From: the human T2T-CHM13v2.0 reference genome, Homo sapiens
Assembly: GCF_009914755.1 (NCBI RefSeq)
Contig: NC_060944.1
DNA length: 64,000 nt
Direction: 5' to 3' (one strand)
Within the stretch, counting starts at the first letter, position 1. Each line of letters starts with the position of its first letter. Below are positions 57,261 through 64,000 of this stretch, one piece after another. The notes under the pieces are model-generated. The model ran no database searches. It was given only the letters and a program-made list of their open reading frames with translations, and was not told where the DNA came from. Position numbers and translations under genes: made by a program.

Positions 57261-58614
57261 CTGGGGGCAGCTGGAAGTTCTGGATGTTGGTCGGGTTCTG
57301 AGGCGGCTGCGGCAAGCGGGGGGCCAGCACGGTGGGCGTCAGGGTGGCCCGAATCCCGCTGGTGGTGGCCGTGGGCGTCCGGGACAGGCTCTGGGTCACT
57401 GCGCCGGCCGCGCCTTTGGGCAGCCCGGTGGGGGTCCCGGGGGCGGGCGGCGGGACGGCGGCCGGGCTGGGCAGCGCCCCTTGCATAGTTGGCCCGATGA
57501 CCATGCTGGCCGCCGTGCTGGCCGGGCCGCTGGCCGCCAGGGTCTGCGCCGCCGGGGGCGCCGCCTGCACCACCCTCTTGGGCGACTCGGCCTTGACCCC
57601 CGGCGCCGGCGCCGCAGCCGCCGCGCCGGGCCCGGGCTGGCCGCTGACCCCCGCGGGGCCCCCGGCGGCCGGGGCGGGGGCGGGGGCTGCCCCGGCGCTG
57701 CCCCCGTTCTGGGCGGCGGCGGGGGGCGGCACGGCGGGCGCGGCGGTCGGGGGTCCGGCGGGGTGGCCGGGCGGCCGGGCCAGAGTGGCGGGCGCGGGGG
57801 GTGGCGGGGGCGGGGCGGCGGCGGGGGCGGCGGGCGCGGGGGCGGCGGGGGGCGAGGGCGCGGCGGGCGCGGGGGGCGCGGCGGCGCCCACGAAGGGGGG
57901 CGTCTGGATGACAGTGCCGGGGGCGGCGGGCTTGGGCAGCGGCAGCAGCGCGGCGGGCCCGTTGTTGACCAGGCTGACAGCAGGTGCGGCGGCGTGGTGC
58001 GAGTTCAGCAGCGCGGCGCTCCCATTCAAAGTTTGCGCGGCGCCGGGGCCGGCGGGCTTGCCAGGGCCGGGGCCGGGGCCGGGGCCGGGCCCGGGGCCGG
58101 GGCCGGCGCGGGCGGCCAGCGCGGCGGGGCCGGCGGGCTTGGCGGGGCCGGCGGGGGCGGGCTCGGGCCCCGCGGCGACGGCGGCGGCGGCGGGCACCGG
58201 GGCGCAGGCCCCCGCGCTGCCCTCGGGCGGCGGCCTCAGCTTCGCGGCGGGCGGCGCGGGCCCTGCGGGGACAAGGGGGCGGCGCGGTGAGGGGGGGCCC
58301 GGGCGCTGCGGCCCCCCGCCCCCCGGCCGCGCTCTACCTGCGGGGGGCGGCTCCGGCGCCGCTCCGGGCGCGCCCTCGGCGGGGGCGGCCGGCCCTGCGC
58401 CCGCGGCTCCGGCCGGGCTGCCGCTCACAACATGGTTCCCGAGCGCGCCGGCGGCCGCGGCCCGCACCTCGGGCGTGCGCGGCGCGAGGTGGTGGTGGTG
58501 GGCCGCGCTGGCCGCCAGCTGCGACTCCAGCGAGCCCACCAGGTCGCTCACCACTTTCTCGTCCACCTCGCTGTTGAAGAAGACCTCGTCCAGCAGATCC
58601 GAGCCCGCCGCCAT
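57261..58614 (-). CDS. TAF4: TAF4 exon 1 coding part (N-terminal Pro/Ala/Gly-rich region), 1354 nt, ends phase 1
   Basis: Translates MAAGSDLLDEVFFNSEVDEKVVSDLVGSLESQL...NIQNFQLPP, the TAF4 N-terminus; ATG at 58614 in AAGATGG context; donor CAG|GTGAGT at 57261/57260. Confidence 0.98.
57612..57695 (+). ncRNA. MIR3195: MIR3195 annotated hairpin, antisense within TAF4 exon 1 (low-confidence miRNA class)
   Basis: CCGCAGCCGCCGCGCCGGGCCCGGG(C)TGGCCGCTGACC...GGCTGCCCCGG matches my recollection of the mir-3195 precursor; mature CGCGCCGGGCCCGGG.. starts at 57622. Confidence 0.7.
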
Positions 58615-58850
58615 CTTTTTTCCTCGGCCGCCGCCGCCGCCGCCGCTCGGGCCGAGCGCGCCTGGGCGAGGAGGAGGTTCCGACTGGGGCGGGCGCTGGG
58701 CGGGCGGGGGGCGGCGCGCGGCCGGCGGGGGGCGGGGGCGCGCGGCCGGGGGGCGGGGGAGCGGGGGTGGCGGCCCTGCGCAGGCGCGGAGACCGCGGGC
58801 GCCCGGCGATTGGCTGCGGCGCGCGCTTAAAAGGCGCGGCCAATGGCTGC
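58607..58850 (-). promoter_or_regulatory. TAF4 core/proximal promoter: YY1 motif over the start codon, GC boxes, NRF1-like site, two CCAAT boxes
   Basis: GCCGCCATCTT 58607-58617 (YY1); GGGGCGGG boxes ~58686-58760; TGCGCAGGCGCG 58777-58788; ATTGG 58809-58813 and CCAAT 58840-58844. Confidence 0.7.
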
Positions 58851-61434
58851 GAGCGCTAGAGGCCGGGGCGCGGGCGGTCGGCCGGGGTGCGGCAGCAGCG
58901 GCGGGAAGCGCGGGGGCTGGAGCTCAGGGGCGCGGGCGCCGGGGCGGTGGCGGACGGGGAGGGGGCCGCCGGGCGGGGCGCGGGATGCGGGAACGGTGCG
59001 CTGGGCCGGGCCGAGGCGGGCGCGGGGCGGCGACGGGGCCTCGCTCTTTGTCTCGGCTCGCTCCAAAATGGCTGCGGCGGCGCTGACGGGAGCGCCGGGC
59101 GGGCCGCCGTGCGCGGTGGCAGCGGCGGCGCAGGGCCCGTCCGAGGCCCGGGGAACAGCGCGCGGGGATGCCGGGGCGCCGGCCGGGCGGCGCGCAGGCC
59201 CTGGAGTGGATGGGCCTGGGAGGCGGGCGGGAACGGGGAGGGGACTGTCGCAGCGCGCCCTGGGGACGGGGACCGGCGCCCGGCCCCTCCAAGCCGCCGC
59301 GGGGAAGCTGGGTCCGCCTCTGGCTCAGCCGGTCCCGGGCGGTGGGGAGGGGTCCTGCGCGCACGGCTCTTCTCGCCCTCCAATCGTGACCACCCCTGGC
59401 CCTTCCCTCCATTTTTAATCAATAAACCCAGCCGCCCCGGGCTGACTGTCCCCGCACCCAGCTGCCTTGGAGACAGGAGTGTCGTATAAGCCCGTAGGTA
59501 AGAGCACGGTGCTTGCCAGGCGCCAAACGAAGTTCCCGAGCCTGAAGCCGGCACGTCTGGAAGTAGCTTTTTTTACCTTCTGCTGGGGGAGGGGAGTAAG
59601 TTACCTAAAGTGTTCCCAAGCACCTTCTCTCTAGAAATACTTCAGTAAAAGTTCCAGTCCCCTCTTTCTGCGTGTTTTATTTTCCAACCAAAAGATGGTG
59701 TTATTGGACATTTCTAGTGGTTTTCCTTTCTCTCATTTCTTCCTAAGAGCCCAGAATAGGTTTCAGAGAGACGCTTCCTTGCCTCGGACCTCACTGGGGC
59801 CAAGAGGCCACAGGGTCAGTCTTCGCAGCTGAAGACAGCGCCGCAATAAGCAGAGACCTCGGGACGATGAATGACGTTGCTGACAAAGAAAATGATTTTT
59901 TTAATTGCTTTAACAAAGGAGACTGCTAGTCTCGAAAGCAGACCCGAACTGGACCCTTGTGCCTGTTCGAACTGTAGCCTTGCAAAGGAATGGACTTACT
60001 GATAACTGGAATACGGGACTTCACCCCAGGCTTGTTTCTCGACAGCAGCAGCAGCCAATGAGCATTGAGGACGGAGCCTAGGAGAGGTGCCTCCCCTATA
60101 GGGGAACAGTGTTTGGGGGAAATCACTGCAAACGTACAGCTGGAGTTTTGTACCTGAACTTTGGCTCCCAGAAGGCAGGAAAGGAAATGAATGAAGCAAG
60201 CTGAGTATGGCGGGGAGGGCCCCTGTGGGTACACCTACGGAGCACCTTGAGCTCAGTAGGGGGACAGTCTGAGTTTTCCAGAAAGAACAGAAATATAAAG
60301 TGATGATTAAATCTCGGGATTTTTAATTTTTGAGTGTTGACAACTAATTAGAACATTTTTAAAGCAGGTCAAAGCACAGGCAGGCTAACTGGCCCCACGC
60401 ACAACTTGCAAGGTGGGGCGCACCAGGCTCACTGCACAGCCCATACCCACAGACCCCTCAGATTGGAGTCGGGGCAGAAGCAGAACGCAGGACTCGCAGG
60501 AAACAGACCAGGTTCCAAGGCCCCCAGGGTCCCAAAGGCTGGGGTAACTGAAGGTTCCCACGCTCAGGCCTCCACTCTTCAAGTCCGCTGCTACTCCACT
60601 GAGATCTGTAATGAGTCTCCTGCCATCTACGCACAGTGGTGACTCCTCTTCTCCAAGGCCCCGCCAGGAGTCTTTCATTCCAACGTGTTCGCAGGATCTT
60701 CTGGGGAACCGTCCAGCCTGGCAGCTGCAGGAACTGCGAGAAGTTAAGGGTCTGTGCCCACCTATTCCAGCTTCCCTTGCAAGGAGGGTGTTGGGCACCA
60801 GAAGGCCCTGGGGAAAGTGGGAGCCGCAGACAGCCAGGCAGCTCTTCTATGTCTGGGGTTTGCAGGAGCACTGCCTTCCGGGGGGGGGGGGAGGGGAGGC
60901 GGGTGAGGACAGCACGTGACTTCCCCTCCTAATGTTCATGTGGTGGGGAGTCACCCTGGGGGCCTCCCGCCAAATTTTAGTATCTCTGTGATTTTAGTTG
61001 TTGCCCCAAGCAGTTAGGACTTGTGTAGTTTGAAAGAAAAATCTCACCCAGCATAAAAAGAGAAAAGGGGGAATTGTAACAAATGTTAATCATAAGCACT
61101 GTTTCAACCCGGAAAAATGTTTGCTGCCAGGCTGTGGGCAAAGAGGTGGCCTCGGCGGCTGGCAGCTCAGTGGGCCTTCCAAGTTTACTAAGCAGGGTCT
61201 TGTATTTTTAAATAAAATAGAGCATCAGACACGCTCACTTAAATATAAAAAATAATAAAAACAAGTTTTGAATTAAGTTTAAGACACATTAAGAATAAAA
61301 CAAATCTAAGAATAAAGGGAATCAGTGATTTCCAAGCTGCAGGCTGTGTGAAAGTTCTGTGGTGTTTGTTAGGTGACCTGTGCTTTTATTGTCTGCCTGA
61401 CAGCCCTCATCATAAAACAATTTTTTAAAAAAAA

Positions 61435-61730
61435 AGCCAGCGCCAGCTCACGCCTATAACTGCAGGGTTTTAGGAGGCTGAGGCAGGAGGATGGTCTGAG
61501 CCCAGGAGTTCAAGACCAGCCTGGGCAACAAAGCAAGACACGGTCTCTACTAAAAACAGGTTTTTTTAATTAGCCAAGCGTGGTGTTGTGCACCTGTGGT
61601 CTCAGCTATTTGGGAGATTGGAGCAGAAGGATCACTTGGGCCCTGGAGTTCAAGGCTACAAGTGAGCTGTGATCGTGCTGCTATGATTGTGCCACTGCGC
61701 TCCAGGCTGGGCGACAGAATGAGACCCCTT
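61435..61730 (+). mobile_element. Alu (AluJ-like)
   Basis: Diverged Alu motifs. Confidence 0.85.
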
Positions 61731-61914
61731 CCCCCCACCCACTCCGCAAAGAAAAAGGCGTGCAGCTAGATAGCAGCTGAATGTTTTTGGGGTGTCCACC
61801 AGCCCCGCTGGCAGCGTTCGTCAGTCTTGCAGACTCAGGGGGGATGTCTCTGGTCACAAATGAATCCACATCCCAGGGAGAAACTTGTGGCCACCTAATT
61901 GCTCTGTAAATGCA

Positions 61915-62335
61915 GAGGGATGCGTTTCTCAAGGCTGCCTTAACGAATGATCACAAACGTATGCAACTTCAACAACAGGTGGATTCTCACAGCTGTAGAA
62001 GCCAGAACCAGGGTGTGGGCAGGGCTGCACTCCCTCTAGAGGCTCTAGGGGAGGATCCTTCCTGCTTCCTCCAGCTTCCGGTGGCTCCAAGCATTCCTGG
62101 GCTTGTGGTCACATCACTCCAGTCTCTGTCTTCTCCTGACCTTCTCCCTGTGTGTCTGTGTCCTCTCCTTTTATAAGGATACCAGTCATTGGATTCAAGA
62201 CCTCCCTAAATCCAAAACGATTTCATCATGAGATCCTTTACCAATTATGTCTGCAAAGCCCCTGCTTCCAGATAAGGTCACATCCTCATGTTCTGGTGGA
62301 TATGGTTTGAGGGGACACTATTCAAGCTAGTATAC
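61915..62335 (-). mobile_element. MaLR LTR, MLT1-like
   Basis: GGCTGCC.TAAC...TTCTCACAGCTGTAGAAGCCAGAA...CTTTTATAAGGATACCAGTCATTGGATT...GGGGACACTATTCAA. Confidence 0.8.
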
Positions 62336-63280
62336 GGGATGGCTACTTACTGTTCACTTACAGGGAGACCTTTGGTAAGAGGCACTTAGCCTGGCCCCTT
62401 CACCCTGGGACACAAGTCTGGGGAGGCTGGAGCCTGAGACAGTAGCCTGTGACTTGAGAGTTCCGGAGTAGAGAAGTCCACTGGCCAAGACACCTCCAAC
62501 CCCTGCCCTGCTTTCCCAAGAAAATGAGGATTCTCAGATCTGCTCGGCCAGGACTCTCTCGCCAGGGTCAGGGCTTGGCCAGGCACTAGCATTAATCAGG
62601 CCTGACACGTGATCAAGGGCCAGGTGGAGCCTGTTGTACAGATGAGGGGGGACTGGAGCTTGAAGTTAAGTCAGCAGCCCAGGTTTCATTCTTGGAAGGG
62701 GCAGAAACCTTGGACTTGGACCCCAAAGCTGGCAGAGCTGGCACTGCGCAGTTGACCAGCCCATGCATCCACACACCAGGCGCCACGGATTAGATGCCTG
62801 CTCACTAAATTATAGTCAAGAGTCAGGCCTGCTTCCTCCCTGAAATTGACCCAGATCTCCCAAGCGGGGCTGTCTGCAAACTCTTGAGTGACTCATTTAC
62901 AACAGCCTCTTGGCTGACTCCCACAAATGGCTAACCATAGCCATCGCGGATGGATTTTACTAGCTTAACTCAGACAGCAGCGCATTTCAAAGCTCAGGAG
63001 TAAACGGCGTTGTCCTGATGGCACTCCAACAAGTCAGCCTTCCTGGGACGCTTCCTCCTTCCCAAGGTGCAAGCAAGAAATGACCTTTCCGGTGAGAGAA
63101 GCCTGTGGCCTCTAGACTCCTCCCTAACCTGGAAAGGTGCAACGCTACTGGGCTCCACTTTCTAAGCACGAGGTCCACCCAGGAGTTTCTTAGGAGTGCT
63201 ATTGTTGCTTTGGTTACTTCCTAAAATAACTTTCCCCATATTCTGTTCACATACCCAGTTTATAAAACCCAAGCACCTCC

Positions 63281-63553
63281 TGGCTGGGCGCAGTGGCTCA
63301 CACCTATAATCCCAGCACTTTGGGAGGCCAAGGTGGCCAGATCATCTGAGGTTCAAGACCAGCCTGGCCAACGTGGCAAAAGCCCATCTCTACAAAAATA
63401 CAAACTGTAGCCGGGCATGATGGCAAGTGCCAGTAGTTCCAGCTACTGAGCCCAGGAGGTAGAGGTTGCAGTGAGCTGAGATTGTGCCATTGCAATCCAG
63501 CCTGGGTGATAGAGGAAGACACTGCCCCCCTGCCAAAAACAAAAACAAAAAAA
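63281..63553 (+). mobile_element. Alu with internal deletions
   Basis: Alu motifs, A-rich tail. Confidence 0.87.
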
Positions 63554-63831
63554 CCACCTTCCTAAAAACCTTTAGTTCCATTGCAGGTGCTTTGGAAGAT
63601 TTAACAAACCACAGGTTTGTCATTGGTAAAGTTTGCTCAGTAAGCATAGTTAGGATGGGACATATAAAGCTAAGATAATAGATGCTGACCATCAAGCGTC
63701 AATTTGAGTGTAAAAAATGAAACTTTTAAAGTAAGACCCTTTACAAGAGCATCAAAAACCAAATACCTGAATATCAAACTAACAAAAAGAAATGTAAGAC
63801 CTATAGTCAGAAGATTGTAAACCATGATTGA

Positions 63832-64000
<169 letters not shown>

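Larger units (their letters stand above)
56900..59560. promoter_or_regulatory. CpG island covering the TAF4 promoter and exon 1
   Basis: Very high GC and dense CpG by inspection; boundaries approximate. Confidence 0.93.

Noticed and set aside
57166-59086. Long + strand ORFs (374, 584, 197 aa) antisense to exon 1
   Set aside because: Shadow ORFs of an extremely GC-rich coding exon; low complexity, no recognisable domain, and the longest starts at GTG

Overview
Human/hominid genomic DNA carrying the 5' half of TAF4 (TFIID subunit 4) on the minus strand. I recognised the gene from its translation. Exon 1 CDS is 58614-57261, inside a CpG island. A 51.2-kb intron 1 follows, then exons 2-5 (6044-5884, 4271-4152, 1502-1383, 511-389; exon 5 begins the TAFH domain), and the gene continues past the left edge. 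Intron 1 holds about 20 Alus, old L1 pieces, four solo LTRs, a MER8 and a Tigger3-type transposon with nested insertions. It also holds a full-length RPL17 processed pseudogene and several minisatellites. The MIR3195 hairpin overlaps exon 1 antisense. The most interesting observations are: (1) a 39-copy 73/74-bp VNTR, stop-free in all three antisense frames, with a Kozak-context ATG in 38 of 39 units; (2) a C9orf72-type GGGGCC tract that encodes TAF4's poly-GP; (3) a mirror-image divergent YY1/ATG-ORF-AATAAA unit at the promoter; (4) a 14-copy 37-bp array pairing ONECUT/CUX-like and TFAP2-like palindromes. No prokaryote-type system is present, and nearly all other ORFs in the track are noise. 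Repeat family names and reference comparisons come from recall and are not database-verified.
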